A stretch of DNA of 64,000 nt from a virus (taxonomy: Duplodnaviria; Caudoviricetes). This document shows positions 17,925 to 26,583 of this stretch, in pieces. Position numbers and translations under genes: made by a program. The notes under the pieces were generated by a model, which saw nothing but the letters and a program-made list of their open reading frames with translations, did not search any database and had not been told where the DNA came from. The stretch is taken from the IMG/VR virus record IMGVR_UViG_3300033121_002193, positions 71,486 through 135,485 of that record; one strand, written 5' to 3'. The stretch's first letter is position 1; each line of letters starts with the position of its first letter.

Positions 17925-18344
17925 ATGTTTGAAATAACCTTTAAAAATTCATCTTTTGAAGTTTTTTCATTTAAACAGTTGTTTATAAATAAACACGAAA
18001 CAGTTGGATATTTAATTGTTCCTACATATTTCAGTGGAAAAATTGTCAGTTTTAAATATTTTTCAACATTAAGTAGTCTTTTTAAACTACATGGAATAAG
18101 TGTAATTGATATTGATTTTTTTAACCAAATCATAACTAATAATAATCAAAACATAAATTTTGGGAAAATTCAATATTGGTTTCCAACTATTTTTTGGGAA
18201 AATTTAAAAAAAGCAACAAATTCAACACTTACAGATCAATTCGAATATCTAATAAATTTAGAAAAAGAAGAAAATTATCAAAAACAACGTCTAATTATCT
18301 TGTTAACAGAATTGAATAATGATATCTTGTCAATGTATTTATGA
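17925..18344 (+). CDS. hypothetical protein
   Basis: 139-aa ORF with GGAG RBS. Confidence 0.6.
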   Translation: MFEITFKNSSFEVFSFKQLFINKHETVGYLIVPTYFSGKIVSFKYFSTLSSLFKLHGISVIDIDFFNQIITNNNQNINFGKIQYWFPTIFWENLKKATNSTLTDQFEYLINLEKEENYQKQRLIILLTELNNDILSMYL

Positions 18345-18916
18345 ATTTACATCCTTCCCCAGAAGAAATAACTGAAATAATTCATCAAGAAATTATAAAA
18401 AAACAAAAAAAAATAGATTTCAACAACTTTATGTTGATTTTCAAAGAAAAAAACTTTGATTTTTTCCCTTATTTTTCTTCAATAAAAGCATATGTGAAAA
18501 AATTAAATCTATCAAAGAATCAAATTTTTCAATTTATGGCAAAAATGGAAATTGCAGAACAAATGTTATTAGAAGGGGCAACTGAATATGAAATAAAAAA
18601 TCAAACAAATATTCCAGATGAATTATTAGCTATAATTTTTCACAAATACTATAATCAAATACCTTTTGATATTATACAAGTAAAATTAACTCACTTTAGA
18701 TTAATGCAGTTAATAATCAACATGGAATCTTTTTATAAACAAATATTGGAAAAATATACCCCTGATGATAAAAAAAATTTCATAGATACATTTTATCACA
18801 CCATTGTAGACATGATTCATTTAAACGAACCATTTTATAGAAATTCACAATTAGTAGCTAATTTGTTAAAGGAAAAAAATGAAAATATCGTCAAAAAAAT
18901 CAATAAATTTCAATGA
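18341..18916 (+). CDS. hypothetical protein
   Basis: 191-aa ORF coupled by ATGA overlap. Confidence 0.6.
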   Translation: MNLHPSPEEITEIIHQEIIKKQKKIDFNNFMLIFKEKNFDFFPYFSSIKAYVKKLNLSKNQIFQFMAKMEIAEQMLLEGATEYEIKNQTNIPDELLAIIFHKYYNQIPFDIIQVKLTHFRLMQLIINMESFYKQILEKYTPDDKKNFIDTFYHTIVDMIHLNEPFYRNSQLVANLLKEKNENIVKKINKFQ

Positions 18917-19850
18917 TGTTAATTTGTTATCAATCAAACCTACTATCATAAAATCAAGAGATGAAATTGCATTTAATAATAATCGAATAATTGCAGCTCC
19001 AATGTCTGCGATTATGGGGCATTCCTTTGTAAAAAAAGCTGCACAACTTGGAATTAGTTTGCCAATTCATCGTTTTTGTACAGTAGAAGAACAACAAGAA
19101 TTATTACAAATTGCAATTGAAAACAAAGCACTATTTAAAACAAAATCATTGCTGTGGCTTTGTGTTGGTTTACATGACTATAAACGCAGAATAGAAAAAA
19201 ATATAGATGTATTAAAAGAAAATAATGTTGGCATTTTATTAGATGTTGCAAATGGATTTCATTTAGAAGTTAAAGATTGCATGCAAGAATTAAAAAAATA
19301 CGAATGCAATAATATTTTTACTGGAAATATTCATACATTGAGCGGTTGGAAATTTTTAGAAGATGTTGGTTCTGATTTTATTCGTGCTGGAATTGGAAAC
19401 GGAGCGGCTTGTTCCACTACTAACAATACAGGTATTGGACGAGGACAAATAACAATCGTTGATGAAATTTACAACGATGGGGTTTTTAGAAGTGCGGAAT
19501 TAGTTAGCGATGGTGGAATAAAAGAACCTGGAGATGCCGCCAAGGCATTTGCTGCAGGTGCAGACTACGTAATGATAGGATCTATGTTTTCATACGCCAA
19601 TGAAGCTGCATGCAATGATACCGGTCATGGAATATTTTACGGTGGAGCTAGTAAAACTGCAAAAAATTTAATGCATCAAAAAACAAAAAACATAGAAGGA
19701 AAAGAACTTTCAATAGATCAAACAAAATTAAAATCTTTAGAAGAGATTGTCCAAGAATTATCTGATGGAATAAAAAGCAGTATTTCTTATTGTGGCTTTA
19801 GTTGTATTGAAAGTTTTATTGGACAAGGAGTGTTTGAAATAAAACTTTAA
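18879..19850 (+). CDS. guaC: GMP reductase (IMPDH/GMPR family)
   Basis: AAPM, LDVANG, GIGNGAACST (catalytic Cys), SDGGI and AFAAGADYVMIG motifs; no CBS domains. Confidence 0.85.
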   Translation: MKISSKKSINFNDVNLLSIKPTIIKSRDEIAFNNNRIIAAPMSAIMGHSFVKKAAQLGISLPIHRFCTVEEQQELLQIAIENKALFKTKSLLWLCVGLHDYKRRIEKNIDVLKENNVGILLDVANGFHLEVKDCMQELKKYECNNIFTGNIHTLSGWKFLEDVGSDFIRAGIGNGAACSTTNNTGIGRGQITIVDEIYNDGVFRSAELVSDGGIKEPGDAAKAFAAGADYVMIGSMFSYANEAACNDTGHGIFYGGASKTAKNLMHQKTKNIEGKELSIDQTKLKSLEEIVQELSDGIKSSISYCGFSCIESFIGQGVFEIKL

Positions 19851-19852
19851 AC

Positions 19853-21298
19853 TTAGCCAGTAACCCCATCACCCAAAACACTTGTACGTGGCAAATTTGC
19901 AGTAATACAACCGAAAGAATAATAAATCTTACGAATTGACGTGTCGATAGTAGCTGCATTCAAGGCTTCAAAAGGCACCAACATATGTTTTTCAATCCAT
20001 TGTTCATCGAGTAAAAATGCAGTCGAAGAACCAGGAACTTTATTATTCAAATCTACAAACACTGTAGTTGCTAATCCAGAATTTGCAACTCGGCCAATAA
20101 ATTTCATATTAGCTTTATTTGTTGCGCCAATTGTGCCAACAGAACGATAAACATTAAACCAACGAGCAGCATTACCAGCTGCAGGGGTAATTGTAATATT
20201 TACTAAATCACCAGCTGCAACAATGGTTACACTAGAAATTGCAGAACCAACCGTGCTTTCGCCCGCTTCGTTTTGTGCAGTAACATAGTAAGAATAAACT
20301 TGACCTGCACCAAAAGTAGTACCGTCAGCAGCACGAGCAACTGCAATTGTTGGATTACTTGGAGCCAAAGAACTTGTTTTTACAGGCGGACTGTTTTTAC
20401 CACGTAAAAATACAGAACTTTGAATCATTACGTTTGTGTTTGTCACCCATTGCGTATTTATTTGAGCACCCTGTGCTTGTTGTGGCGTGCCCGCTAAAAT
20501 AATTCGTTCTTTTGCTTGCGATTGTTTATTGTATGCAACTCTTTCATCTACGCCCAAATATAGTTTATTGGCTTCGCCATAATTATTAATACTTCTTTTT
20601 TGCATATCTTCAATATTCGATTGAGACAAAACGCCACCAACAGGAACAATATTAGAATTTCCTGCACCGTATTCTGTCATCATCAAATCTTGTGTAGATA
20701 AATCCGTATCACTTTGACGAATTTGAACGTCAAGGCCTCTCATGCTTGGCATTGTTGCAGGAATTGCGGCCGGATTACCATCAAATAAACCACCGTTTGA
20801 AAAGTCTGCTTGACCACGAAACATATCAAATTCAATATCGCCAGCAATCTTTTTTGCACAAGATTCTGCATTTCGTGCTTCATTATCCATTCCATCAAAC
20901 GATTCTACTTTAGTTAAAGCAACGCTAGTGCGGCTATTTGTCGTATAAAACTTAATAGGCATAAACGCACGATGAAAATCTGGCGTATTATCTTGTCCTG
21001 CACTTACTTCTAATGTAGCAGAACTACCTAAAGTGCCATAGCTTAGTTGACGATTATATTCAACCGTCATTGATTTTGCTTTTTTTTCTGTTAATTGTTT
21101 TGTTAAAAACAAATGTTTGTCTTGATAAGTCGCCGTATACATAACTGGTGACAAATCTTCGATTTGAAGTGCCGCACCTTGTGTAAATCCGCCAGGATTA
21201 CCTACACGATAACCTGCCTCTAGACCTTTTTCTAAGCGGCTATTATTAAGTGCTTCCATGATATACGTAAGTTTTTCTTTGATTGAATCCATTGACAT
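19853..21298 (-). CDS. major capsid protein (SPO1/Twort-like)
   Basis: GAALQIEDL..., IAGDIEFDMFRG, inserted Ig-like segment YSYYVTAQNEAGES...NVYRS; located after scaffold and protease. Confidence 0.88.
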   Translation of the reverse strand: MSMDSIKEKLTYIMEALNNSRLEKGLEAGYRVGNPGGFTQGAALQIEDLSPVMYTATYQDKHLFLTKQLTEKKAKSMTVEYNRQLSYGTLGSSATLEVSAGQDNTPDFHRAFMPIKFYTTNSRTSVALTKVESFDGMDNEARNAESCAKKIAGDIEFDMFRGQADFSNGGLFDGNPAAIPATMPSMRGLDVQIRQSDTDLSTQDLMMTEYGAGNSNIVPVGGVLSQSNIEDMQKRSINNYGEANKLYLGVDERVAYNKQSQAKERIILAGTPQQAQGAQINTQWVTNTNVMIQSSVFLRGKNSPPVKTSSLAPSNPTIAVARAADGTTFGAGQVYSYYVTAQNEAGESTVGSAISSVTIVAAGDLVNITITPAAGNAARWFNVYRSVGTIGATNKANMKFIGRVANSGLATTVFVDLNNKVPGSSTAFLLDEQWIEKHMLVPFEALNAATIDTSIRKIYYSFGCITANLPRTSVLGDGVTG

Positions 21299-21326
21299 AT
21301 TTTTAGTCTCCCTATGATTATATAAA

Positions 21327-22079
21327 CTATTTAATATTTAAAAATGCTTTAAGCTCGTCATCAAGCTTTAGATTTAAAGAATATTTGGTGATTTTAAGTC
21401 GATCTTCGTTTGATAAGCTTGGATCTTTTGCTTTTTCATTTAACTTTTTAATCAACTCATCGCGTTTCCAAGTTTTTTCTACAACATGTTCGCTTTTTGC
21501 TAAAAAGTTATTACCAGTCATTGCTTGACTTTGTGCTTTTGAAGAAATCTTTTCTAGACTTTTGGTCAAAGTAGATACTTGAGATTTTAAAGATTCTACT
21601 TCTTTCTTTAACAATCCTTCTTTAGATGAACTTTTTTGTTCTTTTTTTTGCAATTGTTCTTTAGACTTTTTAACCAAAGTCAATGCATTTTGAACATTTT
21701 TGTTCATAATTTCTTCTACAAACATTTCTTCTTTTTCTTTTTCAGCTTTCATTTTAACTGCAAAAGCTTGATTAACAGCAATTAAATGGGCCATTAAATC
21801 ATCTTCATCCAAACCCATATATTCTGCTACTAACTCACCGATACTTTGATGATGAAGCTCTTCTTCTAATTCTTCTTCTATGTGTTCTTCTTCTTTTTCT
21901 TCTACATCTGGCATTTTATCTTCTGCCTTTGGTTCTTCAGCTTTTACATCTTCTTTCTTCATTTCTTCTTCTTTTACTTCTTCTTTCATTTTAGCTTCTG
22001 ATTTTTGCAAATTATCGTATTCTTTTTGAACTTCTAAAATCAGCTGTTCAAAATCTTTAATTTCTAATTTGTTTGACAT
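21327..22079 (-). CDS. putative capsid scaffolding protein
   Basis: Acidic coiled coil with LxKS-type motifs, immediately upstream of the capsid gene. Confidence 0.6.
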   Translation of the reverse strand: MSNKLEIKDFEQLILEVQKEYDNLQKSEAKMKEEVKEEEMKKEDVKAEEPKAEDKMPDVEEKEEEHIEEELEEELHHQSIGELVAEYMGLDEDDLMAHLIAVNQAFAVKMKAEKEKEEMFVEEIMNKNVQNALTLVKKSKEQLQKKEQKSSSKEGLLKKEVESLKSQVSTLTKSLEKISSKAQSQAMTGNNFLAKSEHVVEKTWKRDELIKKLNEKAKDPSLSNEDRLKITKYSLNLKLDDELKAFLNIK

Positions 22080-22101
22080 ACATTATTCCTTTCTTTAAAT
22101 A

Positions 22102-22563
22102 TTATTGTGCAGTAAGTTTATTATAAATATCTGGATCAAGTGTAAGTTTTAGATTTGCTGCAGTAAAATCAGACACAGCAGGAACCGCACCGTTTGCACT
22201 TAAATAATATTTAAAAATACAACCAGTTTTTGCACATTCAGTATGCAAAATAGCAGAATTTGTTGCATTTAGATAAACCGCGTTTGCTACTGCGCCAGTT
22301 TCAACAACCATTTCAACATCATGTGGTGCAAAATCTTCTTGAACTTGTCCAATTGAATTAACAAAAATCAAGCTTTCTGGCTTAATCCTAAGAACAACAT
22401 TTTGTTCCGATGTGGCTGGTGTGCTGTCTTGATTAATCGTCAAAACAGGACACCCATTAACATCTACACTATCAATAAAAACATAAGTACTTGGAAGTTT
22501 AAACACCAAGTTGCGTTTTAAATCACGCATTTTTGCAAAAGCAGTTGCTGTACTATTTGCCAT
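22102..22563 (-). CDS. putative virion structural/decoration protein
   Basis: A/T/V-rich composition, AAGGAG RBS, head-module position. Confidence 0.5.
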   Translation of the reverse strand: MANSTATAFAKMRDLKRNLVFKLPSTYVFIDSVDVNGCPVLTINQDSTPATSEQNVVLRIKPESLIFVNSIGQVQEDFAPHDVEMVVETGAVANAVYLNATNSAILHTECAKTGCIFKYYLSANGAVPAVSDFTAANLKLTLDPDIYNKLTAQ

Positions 22564-22602
22564 TTTTCAGTCTCCTTAAAAAAAGTTTAAAATACTAACT
22601 TT

Positions 22603-22610
22603 AGATTAAG
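22603..22610 (-). promoter_or_regulatory. candidate late-promoter motif CTTAATCT
   Basis: The same octamer lies upstream of 24262(-), 29436(-) and 7737(+). Confidence 0.5.
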
Positions 22611-22640
22611 TTTTTGAAAAAAATGGTTTTTTTTAGAAAT

Positions 22641-23144
22641 TCACGAATTAAATGCAGAGATGATTTTTCTTACATGCCAATGAGAAGACAAATTTATTTT
22701 TAATTTTCGCTTTGCTTTATTTGGGCCATTTAACCAAGCGTAACCAATATAGGCAGGTTCTATTGTACCTAATTCTTTTACTATAAAATCATAATAAGTA
22801 TAAGCTATTTGCTTTGATACTTGTGGATATTTTTTTAAATAGTCATTTAATTTGCAATTGTTATAATTAAGTAAAAATCGATAATTTGCATATTTTTCAT
22901 CTCTGTTTATTATATATTTAATTGTTTGTGGCATTAATCCATATTTGCCTATAGCAAACTGATTATTTGGTAAAATTAAATGATTTATATTTTTACCATC
23001 ATTAGACTCTACTATTGATATTGCGCGCATTGTTTTGTTTTTAATGTTTTCTAGATACAATTTTGCAAAATCTTCTGTATTATCTATGTTAATGTTATTA
23101 GAATATAAATTAAGCAAAACAAAACACATCAAAAAAATAATCAT
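22641..23144 (-). CDS. lytic transglycosylase / lysozyme-like protein
   Basis: AISIVESNDG and AIGKYGLMPQT motifs; N-terminal TM segment. Confidence 0.7.
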   Translation of the reverse strand: MIIFLMCFVLLNLYSNNINIDNTEDFAKLYLENIKNKTMRAISIVESNDGKNINHLILPNNQFAIGKYGLMPQTIKYIINRDEKYANYRFLLNYNNCKLNDYLKKYPQVSKQIAYTYYDFIVKELGTIEPAYIGYAWLNGPNKAKRKLKINLSSHWHVRKIISAFNS

Positions 23145-23151
23145 GATTTTC

Positions 23152-23532
23152 TCACTTTATTTTTATTGTTCTTATTTGTGATACTTTATAATTTTTGTTT
23201 TTTGGTTTTTTTATTCCTGTTGAATACATTGTAGATTGAAGCTGTTGAGCAGAATTTATAGGATAATAACCTGCAGCTTCTTCTTTTTTAATATCATTAA
23301 CTTTCTTTTTTTTAAAAATTGATTTTATAGTTTTTTTACACGCAGTATTTTTTTCAACAGGAGCATTTATCCCAGGAACAGCTTGTGCACTTTGTGCTTT
23401 TTGTTGAATTGGTTTGTTCATTGTTGGTTTTTTATTTGACAAAGAAGTTTTCTTTTCTGCCCACGTTTTAATAGCTTGTTGTTTTATTCTATCTGATAAA
23501 GGGATGTGTTTCATGTCAATCTCCATAATCAT
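23152..23532 (-). CDS. basic hypothetical protein
   Basis: 126-aa Lys-rich ORF. Confidence 0.55.
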   Translation of the reverse strand: MIMEIDMKHIPLSDRIKQQAIKTWAEKKTSLSNKKPTMNKPIQQKAQSAQAVPGINAPVEKNTACKKTIKSIFKKKKVNDIKKEEAAGYYPINSAQQLQSTMYSTGIKKPKNKNYKVSQIRTIKIK

Positions 23533-24262
23533 TAATTAAAAAATTATACGAAAACAACTTTGCTGCATTTAATTTGTTTTTCGATTTACTAAGAATTTGC
23601 TTTTTTTCATTTAATTCTTGTTCAAAAACATCTAGTGAATTTTTAATATTGTTTATATTTTTTTCAACATTAAAAACATCTACAGTGCCATAACTACCTT
23701 TACATAAAATATTTTTAGAAACTTCGTTTGCCATTTTTTCATAAACTGCTTGTTCACTTTTTGTCAATTCTGGAATAATATCAGAGACACACGTATCATT
23801 ACACGGGGACATGGTAAGTGCAACTCTTTTAGCGACAGCTCTTTTTATACTAGCATTATCTCTATCTAAAGTATCACCTTCTATAGAAAATCTAGCAGCA
23901 ATAGGTAAATTTCTTTTTTTAAAATGATTTACAATTGAAGCGGCACTAATTGCTTCGGAATGTCCTTCATCATTAAATAATTCCGCAATTCCATAGACAA
24001 GAGGAACTTCACCACTTTCTTTAAAACATTTTTTTTCGTGTTCACTTTCACAATCCTCATATTTAAAAATTTTCTTAGCATGTACAATTCTACCTAAGTA
24101 ATTACTAAAGTTATTATTATGATGCTCACTATTAAGATAAGATTCACCGCTATTTAAAGCAGAAATATCTAAACCTTTAATGTCTATTATTTCCCCGCTT
24201 TTATCTATGGTTTGAGAAGCAAATACACCACCAAGTCGTAAGCCTTTATTTAAATGTGTCAT
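23516..24262 (-). CDS. prohead protease (HK97/Twort-like)
   Basis: GVFASQTIDKSGEII, EHH, FSIEG and VALTMSPCN motifs. Confidence 0.85.
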   Translation of the reverse strand: MTHLNKGLRLGGVFASQTIDKSGEIIDIKGLDISALNSGESYLNSEHHNNNFSNYLGRIVHAKKIFKYEDCESEHEKKCFKESGEVPLVYGIAELFNDEGHSEAISAASIVNHFKKRNLPIAARFSIEGDTLDRDNASIKRAVAKRVALTMSPCNDTCVSDIIPELTKSEQAVYEKMANEVSKNILCKGSYGTVDVFNVEKNINNIKNSLDVFEQELNEKKQILSKSKNKLNAAKLFSYNFLINDYGD

Positions 24263-24289
24263 AAAATAATCCTGAAAAAAAGATTAAGA

Positions 24290-24673
24290 TTATTTCCAAA
24301 TATTGAATTTTAAATACTGTAAAATACACTCTAATTTGAAATTAATCAAAGAATCTTCAGTAATGTACTCTATTAGAGTTTTATTGTTAAAATACTGTCT
24401 TTTAATATGAAAATAACTAGACATTATATCTCGTCTATTTCCATAGTAAAATTGCAAGTTATAATAAATTTTCAACAATTTCTCTACAATAGCTTGATTT
24501 TTTTCTGTATGTGGCAATGTTTTATTTTTGTTTATTGTTTTAAAGTTTTCATCATCTAATTCTAAAATTTTCTGAATATGACTATCTTCAAGCCAAAAAA
24601 CTCTACACAAACGCCAAAAAGCTTTATTTAAAACAGTCCAATAAATCTTTGTTTTGATGATCTTTACATTCAT
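24290..24673 (-). CDS. MbcA/ParS/Xre-like antitoxin (orphan)
   Basis: AFWRLCRVFWLED....IL...KLLKIYYNLQFYY...FNNKTLIEYI...LECILQYL resembles the DUF2384-type pattern. Confidence 0.6.
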   Translation of the reverse strand: MNVKIIKTKIYWTVLNKAFWRLCRVFWLEDSHIQKILELDDENFKTINKNKTLPHTEKNQAIVEKLLKIYYNLQFYYGNRRDIMSSYFHIKRQYFNNKTLIEYITEDSLINFKLECILQYLKFNIWK

Positions 24674-26021
24674 GATTGAATATTGTACTTATATCATTTA
24701 TATTTTTTTTTAAAGTTTTTTGATGCAAATATTCATCATATCCAACTGATTTATACTCAAGTCCACCACTTGAATTAAACCCAAATCCTGGATAAATACC
24801 AATCATAACACATCTGCAATTATGAGTAACCAATCCATTATATATTAAACTGTGATCTTGCTCTACTGTTATATCATATAAAAACGTTGGTTCTGATTTT
24901 TCATGCAAAGTAATTAAATCATTTACTGAAAATTCTTCGAATTCTAATTTTTTATCATGTAGTAAATCTATATAATCTGCCATGTTGTTTAAAACTTTAT
25001 CTCTGCATTTAGCAGAACAAAAAAACTTCGGAAAATTATATGTATTTTTTTCTTTACAATAAAGACATTTTTTAACCAATCTGACTAATTTGTGTTTATT
25101 AAATTCAATATTACAAATTTTTTCCATTCCATAATTTGTAAGAACTTTGTGATCTGGAGTAACACAAACCGACTCAGCACTTCCAATATATGGCTTTATT
25201 TCATAAAAATTACCATGATATGGAGTTTTTATGAAATTCAACGTGTTAGACACTGGTTTAAAGCGCGCTTTATGTGTATAAACCTGATCATTAAAGGTTA
25301 TATTTCTAATTCTTTTAAATCCTTTATCTGTGTAAACTCTGCCGTCTCCAAATAAAAAACAATTTGGATGTACGGGTGGTAACACAGGTGATGGATTTTT
25401 TTTGTTTAAATATCCACTACTTAGTTCTGATAATTTATAAACTTTAGGTGTAATATCATCGTCTTGCAAAAAAAACTCTTTACAGTATTTACATGTAAAT
25501 TTGTCTTTTCTTGTAATAAAAGCAACTGTAGGGTCTTCTACTCCATGACTTTGCATTGCAGACAAAATACCATCTTGCAAACCAATTGTTTTTGTTCTTT
25601 GCAATTCAGTTTCTAGAATTTTCTTCGTTTCACCGTGAGTTTGGTCAAATACATTTAATAGTAATTTATTTAATTCTTTTTCGTAATCAAAACCTTCTGA
25701 CATTGACACGTTTTTCAATGACTCAATAACAGAGGTAAGTGCTTTTGCTTTCATTTTTTCTGCTGCTGAATCTATATAAGATTCTGCTACAGAAGCCAAA
25801 GATTGAACAGTTGATAAATCAGGTCTATTTCTAGAACTCGAATTTAAAAATGCCGATGTATATAATCCTGGTAAACTAAGTACTTTATCTGAATTTTCAT
25901 TTACAAATATTTTAGGCTCATAAAAACTGCCAAGCAAACGTTGCTTTAATTTTTCAAAAATTAAATCTATATTGCTATTGATTAATTTTTTAGTATCAGG
26001 TAATAAAAAATTTTTTGCCAT
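24624..26021 (-). CDS. head morphogenesis protein (Mu gpF/SPP1 gp7-like) containing an intein
   Basis: TCKYC...PPVHPN|intein|CRC. Confidence 0.85.
   Translation of the reverse strand: MAKNFLLPDTKKLINSNIDLIFEKLKQRLLGSFYEPKIFVNENSDKVLSLPGLYTSAFLNSSSRNRPDLSTVQSLASVAESYIDSAAEKMKAKALTSVIESLKNVSMSEGFDYEKELNKLLLNVFDQTHGETKKILETELQRTKTIGLQDGILSAMQSHGVEDPTVAFITRKDKFTCKYCKEFFLQDDDITPKVYKLSELSSGYLNKKNPSPVLPPVHPNCFLFGDGRVYTDKGFKRIRNITFNDQVYTHKARFKPVSNTLNFIKTPYHGNFYEIKPYIGSAESVCVTPDHKVLTNYGMEKICNIEFNKHKLVRLVKKCLYCKEKNTYNFPKFFCSAKCRDKVLNNMADYIDLLHDKKLEFEEFSVNDLITLHEKSEPTFLYDITVEQDHSLIYNGLVTHNCRCVMIGIYPGFGFNSSGGLEYKSVGYDEYLHQKTLKKNINDISTIFNHECKDHQNKDLLDCFK
24819..25361 (-). mobile_element. mini-intein (181 aa)
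   Basis: N-terminal CFLFG, block B VTPDHKV, block F YDITVEQDHSL, C-terminal THN followed by Cys. Confidence 0.92.
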
Positions 26022-26174
26022 ATTTATAAATCATTTAAATCTTTGTTTTGTTTATCATCTAAGTCTTCTGAAGTTATCTCTAAAAAATTAAATTTGTTTT
26101 TAATAAACAAAAAAGATTTAGAGGCCATTTCCATTAAGAACACAACTATATTTTTAATAAAAATAATCATATTA

Positions 26175-26582
26175 TTACTTTACCACATTTTTCTTTGTTT
26201 TGGAAATTATTTCGCTTTTTACCTGTTTCATTTCTTTTTCTAAACTATCTAACATTTGTTTTACAATAACATCGTGTTGTTTATTTATTTTCTTATGGTT
26301 AATATCTATAGCTTTCCCGTATTCTCTTTCTTTTTTCTCTAATTCATTCATTAAAGTGCTTTCTATTTCATTTGTCTTAAATTGTCCTTTTAATTCTGAA
26401 GTTTTTTCTTGTAAAGTTTGAATCATAGAACTCAATGGCTTATTTTGTGTTTCGTAATCGTCTTCTAATTGCTGTTTACCTGATAAATAACCTAGCCAAA
26501 ATATTTTCATCACAATTTGCGACAATTGCACGTCAAAATCTTGTGAAAACAAATCTTCTTTAATATTACTTTGTTGTTCCAT
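26175..26582 (-). CDS. hypothetical coiled-coil protein
   Basis: 135-aa ORF between portal and gpF-like genes. Confidence 0.6.
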   Translation of the reverse strand: MEQQSNIKEDLFSQDFDVQLSQIVMKIFWLGYLSGKQQLEDDYETQNKPLSSMIQTLQEKTSELKGQFKTNEIESTLMNELEKKEREYGKAIDINHKKINKQHDVIVKQMLDSLEKEMKQVKSEIISKTKKNVVK

Positions 26583-26583
26583 G

